The notes below the pieces were generated by a model. It worked only from the letters and a program-made list of their open reading frames with translations, did not search any database and was not told where the DNA came from. Shown here piece after piece: positions 1 to 15,794 of a DNA stretch of 64,000 nucleotides; position 1 is the stretch's first letter, and each line of letters starts with the position of its first letter. Source of the DNA: the human T2T-CHM13v2.0 reference genome, Homo sapiens. The DNA is taken from assembly GCF_009914755.1 (NCBI RefSeq), contig NC_060938.1, one strand, 5' to 3'. The position numbers and the translations under genes are program-made.

Positions 1-3
1 TAA

Positions 4-270
<267 letters not shown>

Positions 271-415
271 TAAAGTGTTGGGATTATAGATGTGAGCCAC
301 TGGCCATCATTCTTTAATTAGTAATGAATTTATAAAGAAAAAAAGAATTTGTGACCAGGCATGGTGGCTCATGCCTGTAATCCCAGGACTTTGGGAGGCC
401 AAGGTGGCTAGATCA

Positions 416-661
<246 letters not shown>

Positions 662-3134
662 CTAAATGTATGGAAATAATAATCATTTGGAGAAAGAAAT
701 GATGTTTTTCAATACTAAAGAGAATTTTCCCTCTAGTTTCCATACCGTCAGAGAACATCACTTAACTTTTCCGGTAGGAAGCCAGGTTTGAACTGATCCT
801 ACACCCTCTGTGGGTCCCTGGGGAAGGTGTTCAGCCTGTGGCTGTGGAAGAGAGAGCCCAGCTGATTGTCCTTCAGGAGGATCCAGAGAGGCAACCCTCA
901 CCCTGGCCTTACTGACATTGCCAGCCAGACTGAAGATTTAGCACAACCCAGAAGAGCTTAGTAACTGAACTGGAAGATATGTAACTTCTAGAGCAGCAAG
1001 GAACTGGTTTTTTTTCCCCCCCATTCCTAGTATTTGAAATATGCTTTAATATTGGTGAGATGATTGGACTTGGTGCTTTTGTGGACTACTGTGAGTCCTG
1101 CTTTTTTTTTTTTTTTTTTTTTGAGATGGAGTCTTGCTCTGTCATCTAGGCTGGAGTGCATTGGTGCCATCTTGGCTCACTACAGCTTCCGCCTCCTGGG
1201 TTCAAGTGATTCTCCTGCCTCAGCCTCCTGAGTAGCTGGGATTACAGGAATGTGCCACCATGCCCGGCTAACTTTTATATTTTTTGCAGAGATGGAATTT
1301 CACCATGTTGGCCAGGCTTGTCTTGGGTTCTTGACCTCAAGTGATCTGCCCGCCTTGGCCTCCCAAAGTACTGGGATTACAGGCATGAGCCACCGTACCT
1401 GGCCGAGTCTTGGTTTTTATAGTGTCATAAAATTACACTTATTTAGCTGGAAGGGCTTGTAGTGTCTAGCTCCACCCTTATGTTATGGATGAGAAAACTA
1501 GGGACCAAGTATGTTCAGTACGTTCTGTACAAGCTTGGGACAGAATGAGGGCCCAAACTCGGGCCTGCTAAGCCACCAGTCCAGGAGTGATTCTACGACA
1601 TGGTATTGCCCCCTCATAAGACTGTTCAGCTTCCCAGACTGCACTTGGTGTGGCTTTGGGTATCCCAGGCCTGGGTGGGGGGCACCGTCCTTCACTGGCT
1701 AGCCAGCCAGCAGCTGTGTGTGCTGGTCCCTGCTTCTCTCACCATGAGCTGGGATCTTGAGGCCAGGCTTGGTTATATTCTAGCCTGGATGAGCCTGGGT
1801 CCTTGTTACTGCTGCCTATTCACCATTCCTACCCTCCTGGAAATTAGCCTCATAGTATCACTTGCCTAATTATTTTATTTAATTTGCACAGCACAGAGCT
1901 AAAGCACAGTGGTGACAATGGCCGGGAATCAAGTAAGGTGAGGTACCCTATATCCCATCTTGCTGACTACCCAGTGTAGTGCCTGGAACATACAAACTGC
2001 ACATTCATACTTTTTGGGTAAATTATTGACAAGTAAAAATGAATGAAAGCTAAACAGTAACAGAACATTTTCTACCCTTTGTCTTCTTGAGATGTTTTAG
2101 GAGACTAATCCTTGTTGTTCTTTTCCAATGTAAATTTTTATGAACCATCAAGATGTAATGCAGGCATTAAGATTATTTCTGTAGAGATTAAGAACATGAA
2201 AATACTGATGCTTAATATTTAGCAGAACCAAAAAAATTGTGGTATAATTACAACTCTGTAAAAACAAAGTAGGCCGGGCGCGGTGGCACACGCCTGTAAT
2301 CCCAGCACTTTGGGAGGCCGAGGTGGGTGGATTGCTTGAGCTCAGGAGTTCAACACCACCCTGGGCAACATGGTGAAAACTTGTCTCTACTAAAATACAA
2401 AAAAAAAAAAAAAAAAAAAAAAAAGGGTAAAGACCTATGATACAGACAAAAATTATCTAAAAATTCACTGGTGGCATTTGGATGGTGAAGCTATGGGTAT
2501 AGTTTTTTTTTTTGTAGTTTTCTGGAACATTAAAAATTACTTTTATAAGCTCCTCTTTTATTATAGTACAAAAATCCTCTTAAATACAATGTATATTCCA
2601 TTTTGTAGAAAATAAATTGAATGACAGTTCGACTTTCTGTCCTTACAGTATATCTAACTTACAGTATTTTTAAAAATCCTCTAAAAATAGCTGGATACAT
2701 TTCTTAACCACTGGCTCTGTTGTGGTGGTGGTGTAGGGGAGGAAAGGGGTTAACTAGAGAGAAGCATACTAAGCATTATTATTAAAGTATAATTAATAAT
2801 TCTCCTATTAAAGTATTATTTTTATTTTAAAATATTTATATTTTGGAGTTAGGGTCTTGTTCTGTTGCCCAGGCTGGAGTGCAGTGGCACAATCGTAGCT
2901 CACTTTAGCCTCAAACTCCTGAGCTCAAGGGATTCTTTTTTTTTCAGCCTCTTGAGCAGCTGGAACCACAGATGCAGGCCATGACACCAGGCTAATTATT
3001 TCTATTTTTTGTAGAGAGAGGGTCTCCCTATGTTGCCTGGGCTGGTGTGAAACCCCTGGGCTCAAGTGATCCTCCCACCTTGGCCTCCTAAAATGCTGGG
3101 ATTACGGATGTGAGCCACTGTGCCCGGCCCGTAC

Positions 3135-4005
3135 TGCAGTATTTAGTCACAGTTTTACATGACATGAGAGTCTTCAGAATGAAGGCCCAAAGACTCAGGG
3201 TGAAGTATCCATTTTTATGCTGTGGTTTGATGCATGGACAACCGTGTATTAATATGATCAGACAAAAAGGATAGAATCTAGAAGAGATAGACTGAGGGGG
3301 AAATTCATTCAAATTCTTCTTGGCCTCTCTGTGTAGTATTCCTTCCATCCAGGTATGGGGCAGGGCCCCTTTCTGGAGTGGTTGGGTCTTGTCTTTCTTT
3401 CTTTCTTTTTTTTTTTTTTTTTTTTGAGATAGGGTCTCGCTCTGTCACCTCGGCTGTATGGAGTCCAGTGGTGTGATCTTGGCTTACTGCAGCTTCGTCC
3501 TGCTGTGCTCTGGGGTGATCCTCCCACCTCAGGCTCCCAAGTAGCTGGGACTACAGGCGTGGGCCACCATGCCTGGCTAATTTTTATATTTTTAGTAGAG
3601 ACAGGGTTTCACCATGTTGGCCAGGCTGATCTCGAACTCCTGAGCTCAAGTGATCCACCTGCCTCAGCCTCCCAAAGTGCTGGGATTACAGGTGTGAGCT
3701 ACTGCGCTCGGCTATTAAGGGGTTTTAGGACTCACAATCAAACAAAGTAGGCCAGAGAATGTCTTTATGGCCAGTTCTTACACAGAAAAGCAAGGGGAAG
3801 TTTGTTGTAATGTTTTTAGGTTTTATTTCTGGCTTTAGGGAAATGGGGTTCTGATTTCTATGACCCACCTTGATGAAGAGGGATTCCAGTTTCCATGGCT
3901 TGCCTCTGGAGAGAATGAGGGGAGGGAGACAGGAGGGCAGGTGGTCAGAGAGAAACTTTGCTTCTGAGGCCTTCACTTGGGAGTACAGTTTTTTGAGCCC
4001 CAACA
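3135..4005 (-). mobile_element. ERV1-class solo LTR (MER39-like), interrupted by an Alu at ~3394-3712
   Basis: The reverse complement begins tgttggggctcaaaaaactg...tgaaggcctcagaagcaaagtttctctctgacc, resembling the recalled MER39/LTR29-group start. Left boundary uncertain. Confidence 0.6.
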
Positions 4006-4490
4006 GTAGATTAGAGGAATGGACTTGTTTTTGTGCTTGTTAATGATTTCTAATTTGACTAGGCTCACTTATCCTGGCAGCCTTCCCATCCCCAAACTAC
4101 ATTTGCTAGGTCCTGTCTGCCTTAATGGGGAAATCTTGAGGTTAGGAAGATTGAAATTGCTCCTTTTCCTTTTATGCCTGTTATGACAAGCTTTGCTTTT
4201 TTGGACTTCTCCAGGCAGTTAGTTATTGCTGTTCATGCTCCTCTCTGTTCCTGTCTCTAGAAAGCATTTCCCGCTTATTCATCTTTGCACCCCAGTGCCT
4301 GATATAGTGCCTGGCAAGTCGTAAGCACTCAACTGGTATTTGTTAAATGAGAATGACTGATTGCTGTCACCCCTGGAACTCTCAGCTTTTCATGAATTTG
4401 GTTTATATTTTTATAATATTTATCTCACGCCCTCATGTTAGAATAAAATTGGGATGGAAAGCCTCTAAATTAAGCAAGAAGCTCAGCAAT

Positions 4491-5019
4491 TGTAGGGGAG
4501 GAAAAACTTCTTTCCTGTACCCTCCTAGGTTCAGTGGCTGGAGGCCCTGCCAATTAAACTGTCAAAAGAGATTAACAAGAAAAAAAACAGTTTTAATTAC
4601 TTACGTAGGCATGAAAGTTCACAAAGAAATGTGGCACGAGGAGGCGGTCAGAACTTGAAGGCTTATATACCAAAGGATGACGAAGTGTAGAGAAGAGGCC
4701 AGCCATAGGAAAAGGGGAGTCACTTATGGGAAGGTGACTAGGAAATGTGTGATATACAGGGGTTGTTAGTAAGGTTTGTCTTGGAGATTAAAGTGCCTTC
4801 TTCATTGATGGGAATTGTTAAGAGACATCCCCCTTTTCCTGGTGCAGCAGAGGGGGACACTTTACAAATGGAAATTTCCTTTATACATGTAAATTTCCTT
4901 TACAAAGAGAAAAAAGGTCTGTTTTTAGAGCTTGCTTGCTGTTCTCGGTTGTCTTCAGCTCAAAATAACCTTTATGTCAAAGAGGAATATTTTGGGGTGA
5001 CATTCTGGCCCCCTTTACA
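4491..5019 (-). mobile_element. ERV1-class solo LTR (MER34-like)
   Basis: TG...CA termini; the reverse complement begins tgtaaaggggccagaatgtcaccccaaaaatattcctctttgacataaagg-like, resembling the MER34 family. Confidence 0.6.
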
Positions 5020-8000
5020 ATCATATATGTATATATATGATTCGGGGCTGTAGTGAGACTTGGACATGACAAGACAAAACAGACCTTATCTGAAAAAGAT
5101 TGCTTTTGCTAATTTCCTCTGTAAGGGAACACAGTTAAAGAGAAAGAATGGGTCCCGGCCAAGCAGCAGCTGGTGCCTCTGTTGATAAAAGCACGTGTAA
5201 TTTGGGTCGGTTATAGTAGTGTGGGCCAAAAGGAAAAAGCAAATCACTCTGCCTTTGCCCATTTGTAATAATAAATTAATTTCTGCATGTGAAAGCATCC
5301 CTGCAGCTGCCACGAAAATTGGCAAATATTTTTCTCAAGAAATAGTTTGTTTCAGAAACAAACTTCTGATTTTAACAGCTAACATATTTTTGGCTGTCAT
5401 AAGTGTTTGCTGCCAAACATTTCAAATTTAGAGATATTTCTTTTAAATATCTTGGGGAGACTAGTGTTTGGAATTTTAAAATAACAATCCTTCATCAGTG
5501 GGAAAATGCTACACAACAGAAACGTGTAAAAATGCTCGTGCAGTTATATTATTCAAACGCTTGACAAACATACTGTTATAATTACAGTGAGATCCTGCAT
5601 GATTTTCCCCGAGCATTTCTTATCTTCTCAGAATTTTGCCAGCTGTACTTGAAACCATTTTGACCACAGCTCAGAAGGACTAGTTCAACTTTGTAAATTT
5701 CACAGTTCCTCCATTCCCCCCAACCTTTTTTTTTCCCTCAGAGCAGTTTTTTCCAGAGTAGTTTCATGTTCTTCTTGAAAACCCAAGGAAAAAAAAACAT
5801 TACAAGCAGAAATTGGCATTTTTACCTTAAAATACATCCAGGAAGATATTTGAAGTCAATTCAGTTTTCCATGGCTAAGAATTCCGGTCATTTGGGGAGA
5901 AAAAAAAAATGTCAAAAATGGAAGAAAGAGAAGCAATTCAAGTGAAGATATCCAAGGAAGGAATTGCAACTTCTTTTTTGTATTCTGTGACTCATGAAGA
6001 CCCGAGGTTAAAAATTATTTTTAGTATTATTTCTGTTTTTATTTGTGTGTGTGTAAAAAATAAATCCTTGGTGTACTTTCTTTTTTTTTTTTTTTTTGTT
6101 GTAGAGACAGGGGTCTCACTATGTTGCACAGGCTGGCCTTGAACTCTGGGGCTTAAGCAGTCCTCCTGCCTCAGCCTCCCAAGTAGCTGGCCTATAGGCT
6201 AGGGCTACCATGCCTGGCTGTTTTATTTATTTAGTTTTTAAATTTATTCATTCTCTTTTATTCACAAAGGATTTAAGATGATCACAACAAATACATATAA
6301 GATCAGATATTATATGTCAGTCAAGAGTAAAAACAAAACATAATACAAAGGCCAGAGAAAAACAAATACAGTGAGGGTCTACACAGTTACTAGAGTTAGA
6401 CCTCAAAGTTAGCCCTGTGTTTTGGGGCAGCCAAAGTGAAAAAGGAACATTAATTATATGATTCTTATTTTTAGAAAAGAAAACAACAACAGACACCCAT
6501 TCTTCATTTCTCAAAGGAAATGAAGTATTTTCTAGCACTAAATTCTTTAAAAAAAAAGAAAAAGAAAAAAATTTAATAGAAGGGCTTCCTACACGGAGAA
6601 GCTGAAGGTTATAGAAATGGTGTCCTTGGCCAGGTGCGGTGGCTCGCACTTTTAATCGTAGCCGTTTGGGAGGCCAAAGCAGTCGGATCACTTGAGTCCG
6701 GGAGCTCGAGACCAGCCTGGGCAACATTGTGAGACCTATTTTTTTGTCACTACAAAAAAAATTAAGAAATTAGCTGGGCGTGGTGGCACACGCCTGTAGT
6801 CCCATCTACTCAGGAGGCTGAGGTGGATCACTTGAGCCTGGGAGGTTGAGGCTGCAGTAAGGTAAGATCGTGCCACTGTACTCCAGCCTGGGCAATAGAG
6901 CAAGTCCCTGTCTCAAAAAAAGAGAAACTTTCTTCAACAACATTGCTCAAGTTATTAATTTATTCTTTTTAAAAATCTTTTCTCAAACATCTATTATGTA
7001 GCAACTATATGGCATACACTATGCTACATAATAAAGATAAAACAGCAAGCAAAACAGCCCTTCTCACAGGACTAGAATCTGGAATCTGAAGAATCTGTTT
7101 CACAGGGCCAGGGTAGGCTCAGTGTGGAGAGTCTAAGGAGTGTGTTTCTCCTTGTTAGCTGGCCAAGCTAAACATTCAGGATGTACAGCCTCTAAGTGAT
7201 GCAAGGATGTCCGTAGTATACTCCAGCTTAAAATGCCTGGAAGGGTCTAACGAGCTAGGCGATGGGAGTCAAGGCTCCAGCCAGCTTGGCTGGGATGCAG
7301 GGCTGAGATTATTCCTGGAGTAGGGAGCAGAGATGAGTGATCTGTTAGTTACTCAGTTACTTCTTTGGGGAAAAAGGCCAGTTCACCTCGAGCCAAGTTA
7401 CCCAATGACAGACTGACCTAATTATTTGTTTCTTTTCAGTTCTATTTTAAAAGTTTAAACAGTTTGTATAAGATAAGATGGTTTTAACAGCTTTTTGAAG
7501 ATGCATGTGATGTTTAAGATGGACTTTTTCTTTTTAATGTGCTGGCATTTTATGGATTTTTTTTTTTTTTTTGAGACAGGGCATTGTTCCTGTGCCCAGG
7601 CTGGAATGCAGTGGATGTGATCATAGGATCATAGCTCACTGCAGCCCTAATTAAGCTCCTGGGCTCAAACTGTCCTCCTGCCTCAGCGTCTTGAGCAGCT
7701 AGGACTATAGGCATGCTCCACCATGCCCTGCTAATTAAAAACAATTTTTTTTTCTAGAAATGGCATTTTGCTATGTTGCCCAGGCTGGTCTTGAACTCCT
7801 GGCCTCAGGGGATCCTCCTGCCGTGGCCTCCAAAGTGCTGGGATTGCAGGTGTGAGCCACTGCATCCGGCCATTATAAAATAACATGTGTTTGCATTGCT
7901 GGAACGGGAGTGTGCTGGGGCAGAGGTAGATAAAAATACACTGCAGAGCCTGGACTGCTGTTCTCCCAGAGAGGAGATTGAGGGGCAGAATGAGGGAATG

Positions 8001-8501
8001 GAGGGAAGGCAGAATAAGTATATTCACCAGGAGTATAATCATTACAAATATATTCTTTGATGTAAAGTGTCCTTAGGAATATATTTTTATTATGAATAAT
8101 AATTCATTATGGCCCTCACTACGTTCTCTCTCTCCATTACTCTGTTCCATACTACCCTAGAAACATTGTTAATCTGTTGCTTGTAGGCAAGACTCTGTTG
8201 ATTCAGGCTTTCTATGGGACTCCGGCTATTGGTGATACACGTTTAGTTCAAGAGTGATGGGACATAAATCTGGCAGAAATGATAGTAGGTCACAAAGTCA
8301 TTCCTGTGTTTTCCGTAGGGATGCTTTAGCATGTTGTCTACAAATTAGGCCTCTTCCTAGAGCTTACAGCTGGGATCTAGCTGTCTTCAAGTGATATGGC
8401 ATTGAGAAATATTAAGATAATCTCATTTATTGAAAGCACATAAATTTCCATTTTCTTTTCTTTTTTTTTTTTTTGAGATGAAGTCTCTCTCTGTTGCCTA
8501 G

Positions 8502-8696
<195 letters not shown>

Positions 8697-10384
8697 TGAT
8701 CTGCCTGCCTTGGCCTCCCAAAGTGCTGGGATTACAGGCGTGAGCCACTGCACCTGGCCAAATTTCCATTTTCTACTACCAATTTTTTCTTTCTCACCAA
8801 TGAATAACAATTTACATTTGTGGCCCAGGAAGGGTGGTTCACACCTGTAATCCTAGCACTTTGGAGGCCAAAGTGCATGGGTCACTTAAGCCTGGGAGTT
8901 TGAGACCAGCCTGGGCAACATGGCAAGATCCTGTCTCTATCAAAAAAAAAAAAAAAAAAAAAATTCAGAAATTAGCTGGGCAGGTGGTGTGTGCCTATTG
9001 TCCCAGGTACTCAAGAGGCTGAGGTGGGAGGATGGCTTGAGTCCAGGAGGCAAAGGTGGCAGTGAGTTGAAATTGTGCACTGTACTCCAGCCTGGGTGAC
9101 AGAGTGAGACCCTGTCTCCAAATCTCCAAAAAAAAAAAAAAAAAAAACCTAGAAAAAATTTACATTTTTGTAATTTCATTACAAAATTTCATTACAATTT
9201 TGTAATTTCAACATGCTACATACTAAATGAGATAATCATCTTGTCCTTACAGAAAGTCTGTGACTTAATTTATTTATATCCTCTCTTATTCCAGGGAAAA
9301 GTTTGAAGCACTTTATAGAGAAACATAAAATTCTATAGAAGAAAAAATAGATGAGGACATTGGAATGAAGGAAAAATAGGGATAGGTGGATGTAGACAGT
9401 GGTAAAGCAACTTATTTTCTATAAAGTCATTTGTAGTTGCTAGAGATCGGCTGTAGCAGCCAAAAAAGGGAGGGAAACCTTGTTTATAAAAATAACATGT
9501 TCATTAAATTAAAAGAATAGATGCCTAGGATCACAGTTTTTCTTGGTACTGAGACCTGAGAGAATTTTCCATAGCATGTTCTCATAAAAGGAACACTGGT
9601 TTATGGGCTGTGTACTCCCGAACTCCTGTAGAAAGAGTACAATGGTAGGTTTCTCTTGACTTTTTCCTATCATATCCTGCATAGTAAGGCTTGTGGGATC
9701 ACACTGAAATACATTTTAATAAAAGCAGTTCTCTGAAGGGGTAGAACAATGCAGTTCAGGTTCATGGCTCCCTGGCAGCTGGACAGGATCCAAAGACAAC
9801 ATCCAGGAATGGGTGGACTCTGTTTCAGGCATTCCTCTATGAATATTGTTTCTTGTAATCCAGTGTTTGTAAATGCGTGGCGGAGAACTTTGGGTTAGAT
9901 TCCTTGGCAGGAATCTGAAAGTCTGAATGTTGGCCTGGACAAAATCATTACCCTCATTTAACAGATGAAGAAACAGGACCTTGGAGAAGCTGATGATTGC
10001 CCAAGGCCGAGTGGTCAGTGGAGAAGCTGGGACTACAGCCGAGTTCTCCTGACTCTAAGTCTAGTGCTCTTTCAGCCATTTCCTCTCATTTCTCTAACTT
10101 ACATAGAATTCTGTTAAAATTTTAAAGAGTTAATAATGACTATTTTAAACATTGATAATGGACTCCCTACTTAGATGTTTAACTAAGTAAACTATATAGC
10201 TGAAGTCTGTCCTCCCAGTCCTTTGCCCTCCACTCTGTGAAGTGGTGGGTATCCTGCCTTAGCATGTTTTTGTTCTTTTACTGTATATGTGTTCATGCGT
10301 GTGTTTAAAATGTATATAAATGGCCTGGCGCAGTGGCTCACACCTGTAATTCCAGCACTTTGGGAGGCCAAGGCAGGCAGATCA

Positions 10385-10760
<376 letters not shown>

Positions 10761-11778
10761 TCACTTCTGCATGAATCAGCGACAGTTTATCTGTTTCTCT
10801 GCTGACAGTATTAGATTATTTCCACTTTTTTCCTTACAAACAGTTCTACCCTGATTATTCTTGAATGTGTCTCCTTGTGTATACATGCACTTTTACAGGA
10901 TTTTTTAGTTGGCAGAAATGAGCATCAGGCAGATGTGAGAACATCTTTGCTGAGCCCTCCTGGGCCAACCTTGGACCCAGCATGCCATTTGGGTTCATTC
11001 GCAGCCGGTGCTGTTCTGGCCTCAGTGGGCCTTCAGCTGCCCTCACAATCCTTGTATGCTTCTTTGGTTGGTTGGTTTGTGTTCTTAACTGGCCTGTTCC
11101 AAGCATTGTTTATTCCTCAAGGACCCCACACCACCCATGCTCCCCCTGCTCCTGCTCCCAGGAGATGACCTCAGCTCTTATTTTCCTGAGAAAAATGAAG
11201 TCAGATGATGAGAGCTCCGTTCATTCTTCTCTACTTCAAAATTTCTCAGCATTCCTACCCAGAGGAACAGCGAGCATGTTTTGCAAACCACAAATTCTTC
11301 ATGGAATGCATGGAGGAATACATTTTTTAAAAAAGTTTCTGAGATCCCAAATTGGAACTTTGTCTTATCATGAGCTGCTTTATGTTCAAAGCCACTCATT
11401 GAAATCTCTCTGAACACAGCCGCCAGCTCTTCTAGTGTATTTCCTAATGTATGCAAACCGTAATCATTCTTCAGCCTCACTGAGACAGCAGTCTGTACAC
11501 TCTCTCATTTCATGGGTTCACTCCTGCCTGTAGTCACATCCCTCCTTCCCATGTAATCTTCCCCACAGCTTGCACCCCAAACCTCCCTCTCAGAGCCCTC
11601 CCTTTTCCTGCCTCAATCTGCTGCATCACTATCGTCCTGGGAACGTCCCTTTATTTCTTCTGTATTCAATGCCCAGTCCCTGTTTTTCTCACTTTTAGTT
11701 TAGTGTTCTATTTTGTTGGCATACTTTCGTTCATCTTGTTTTACCTTATTTTGTTGGTATAGTTTTATTTTTTTTTGA

Positions 11779-12072
<294 letters not shown>

Positions 12073-12520
12073 TAAGAACAAGTGTTTAGGACATACATTT
12101 TTTTTGAGCTTTGTGTGTGAGGAAATTACTTTTTTCTACCCTAACACTTGATTCGTACTTTAGCTGGATATAAATTATAGGTTGAAAAGTTTTCTTTTAA
12201 AACTTTGTTCAATATACATATAACATAAAGTTTATCATCCTAACCATTTTTAAGTGGTATTAATTGCTGCTGGTGGATTCACATTGTTGTGTAACCATCA
12301 CCACCATCCATTTCCAGAACTCTTTTCATTTTGTGAAACTGAAACTATATATTCATTAAACAATTAAAAGTTAATTAAAATAGTTAACTCTCCATTCCCT
12401 GGCAGCACCATTCTACTGTCTGTCTCTATAAAGTTTGATGACTGTAGGTACCTTATGTAAGTGGAATCAGACAGCATTTGTGGAAAATTTTCTGATTATG
12501 TGTTGATTTCACATTTGTGA

Positions 12521-13013
<493 letters not shown>

Positions 13014-13624
13014 TAGCTAATTTTTGTATTTTTTGTAAAGATGGGGTTTTACCATGTTGCCTAGGCTGGTCTAGAACACCTGGTCTCAAGTGATCCTCTT
13101 GCCTTGGCTTCCCACAGTGCTGGGATTACAGGCGTGAGCCACTGTGCCTGAGTGTTTTCACTCTTTGTTCTAGTATGGTGACTAGCTTTTAATTTTTACT
13201 GCTGATTAAGAAATAGGATAATCCCTATAAATGTATTTCACAGATTATAATAAATACCATTTATATACTGTGTAGTATATTTCTTAATAGTATTTAATAA
13301 ATGTTAATTGTTGTCATTTTTAGTTTCATGAGTGTTTTCCTTGAATTCCAGCAACCACCTTAAACAAGAAGTATTATTCCCATTCTACAGCAGTGGATAC
13401 TGAAGTTCAGAGCATCTGGGACTAGGTCAGGGCCAGCGGAAGGCTCTTTTAGGGAAGTGGCTACATTTCCTCAGGATGTTCTGATCATGGGTTAAGTGGG
13501 TGGTTTCTCACCACAGTTGGTATTGGTTGGTGACACTGCTTTGTTGTGAGATTGCAAGCCCAGTGGCATCATGATTTGAGAATTGCTACATTTTTGTTTT
13601 CCAAAAGTGTAATGCATAGATAGG

Positions 13625-13985
13625 TGTATTAGTTTGTTTTCACGCTGCTGATAAAGACATACTTGAGACTGGGAAGAAAAAGAGGTTTAATGAACTTAAA
13701 CTTCCACATGGCTGGGGAGGCCTCACAATCATGATGGAAGGGAAGGAGGAGCAAGTCACGACTTACATGGATGGCAGCAGGCAAAAAGAGAGCTTGTGCA
13801 GGAAAACTCCCCCAATAGTAACCATCAGATCTCATGAGACTCATTCACAATCATGAGAACAGTGCAGGAAAGACCCACCGCCATAATTCAATCACCCCCC
13901 ACTAGGTTCCTCCCATGACACGTGGGAATTGTGGGAGTTAAAATTCAGGATGAGATTTGGGTGGGGACACAGCCAGACCATATCA
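13625..13985 (-). mobile_element. THE1-family MaLR solo LTR
   Basis: 361 bp, tgtattagtttgttttcacgctgctgataaagacatac ... gggtggggacacagccagaccatatca; tagg on both flanks. Confidence 0.9.
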
Positions 13986-15485
13986 TAGGATTGGTTGTTC
14001 TGGCATTTGTGTGGTGTCATTAGAAGAATAAAGTGCCCAGGAGGAGGGAATAGAGTGGATCTTACAAATCACCTGACCTGGAAATATGCACCAGTTGCTT
14101 CTAGTCAAATGATGATTACAGGATAAATAATAAGGGGAAAAGTTAATGGGAAAAAGATGAACAAATTTATTGCAGTGTTTCACCAACTTTCTGCTGTGAG
14201 CTTGTAAGTGGACTGTCAATTGCTAGGAATAGCTCTACAATTTAACTGATAAAGGAGAAGATCCTTCCACATTCCTAGGTGGACTATAAATAACAGAGTA
14301 CAGCTGAAGAATGGAAAAAGAACAGGAGAGACACCCCAGGGAAAATGCTGGCTTTAAAATCACTCTGTTAAAGAAATAACGTGAATGCTACATCTGTTAT
14401 GATATACCTTCTGGTCAACCTTTAAAGATAGGACAGATGCTTCTTCCTCACCATTGACAGAGTGGTTTTTCAGTTAGACTGGCAGGGCTTGTTAACAAAC
14501 TGTCTACTAATGAGAAAACGGAAAGCTGTTGAGCTACCAAAAAGACTTTGGGAGTAGTTTTTAGAAATTTCTGACACACTCAGAGAATTTAAAAAATATT
14601 TCATTTTTGTCAAGAGAGTATTTTTCTCCTTGTTATGAAGACATAGATGTACAGGTTCTATTGAATATGGAATGAAGAACTGAACCTGAACTAATAATAC
14701 CTTATTCTCATTTTGCTGTCATTTCATTAAAATAAAAGCCAAATTGTTATTTCAGTAGAAATATGCATCTGTCATTTAAAATTTTAAAAACGCAGATAAA
14801 AAGAAAATAAAAATCACCCATAATCCCTTTCATTTCGGATACTCTCTATTAAAATTTCATCTTTTAGTTGAAAAAAACCAGAGTAAATGCCAAGATTTCT
14901 TTAAAAAAGGGAAACTCACTAGTGTTTTGAGGTTTTAATTGACACCACAGGATTATTGCATAAGCAAACCACAGTCATTTCAAAATAGTTTGTCAGCTGG
15001 CTGCAATTGCTCACATCTGTAATCCCAGGACTTTGGGAGGTGAGGCAGGAGGATGGCTTCAGTTCAGGAGTTTGAGACCAGCATGGGGAATATAGGGAGA
15101 CCCTGCCTCTACAGAAAATTTAAAAATTAGCCAAGCGTGGTGGCGTGTGCCTGTAGTTCTAGCTACTTGGGAGGACGAGGTGGGAGGATGACTTGAGCCC
15201 AGGGAAGTTGAGGTTTCAGTGAGCCATGATAGCACCACTGTACTCCAGCCTGGGTGACAGAATGAAAACTTGTCTTCAACAACAACAAACCAAACAAAAC
15301 CAAAACCCCCAAATAGCTTATGTCATTGGTAAAAGCATGTATATTAATTTACATGTATTTTAAAAACAATCCCACATTATTCCACTTCATTTTAGAAGCT
15401 TTAATGCCACTACATTCTTCACCCAACCTTTGGTTATGTTTCTGAAGATTTTATTCACTTTTAAGAGTAGTTTCATTTAAGGTCA

Positions 15486-15794
<309 letters not shown>

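Noticed and set aside
1600-1869. Hydrophobic 89-aa ORF
   Set aside because: No recognisable homology or exon structure; composition fits chance.
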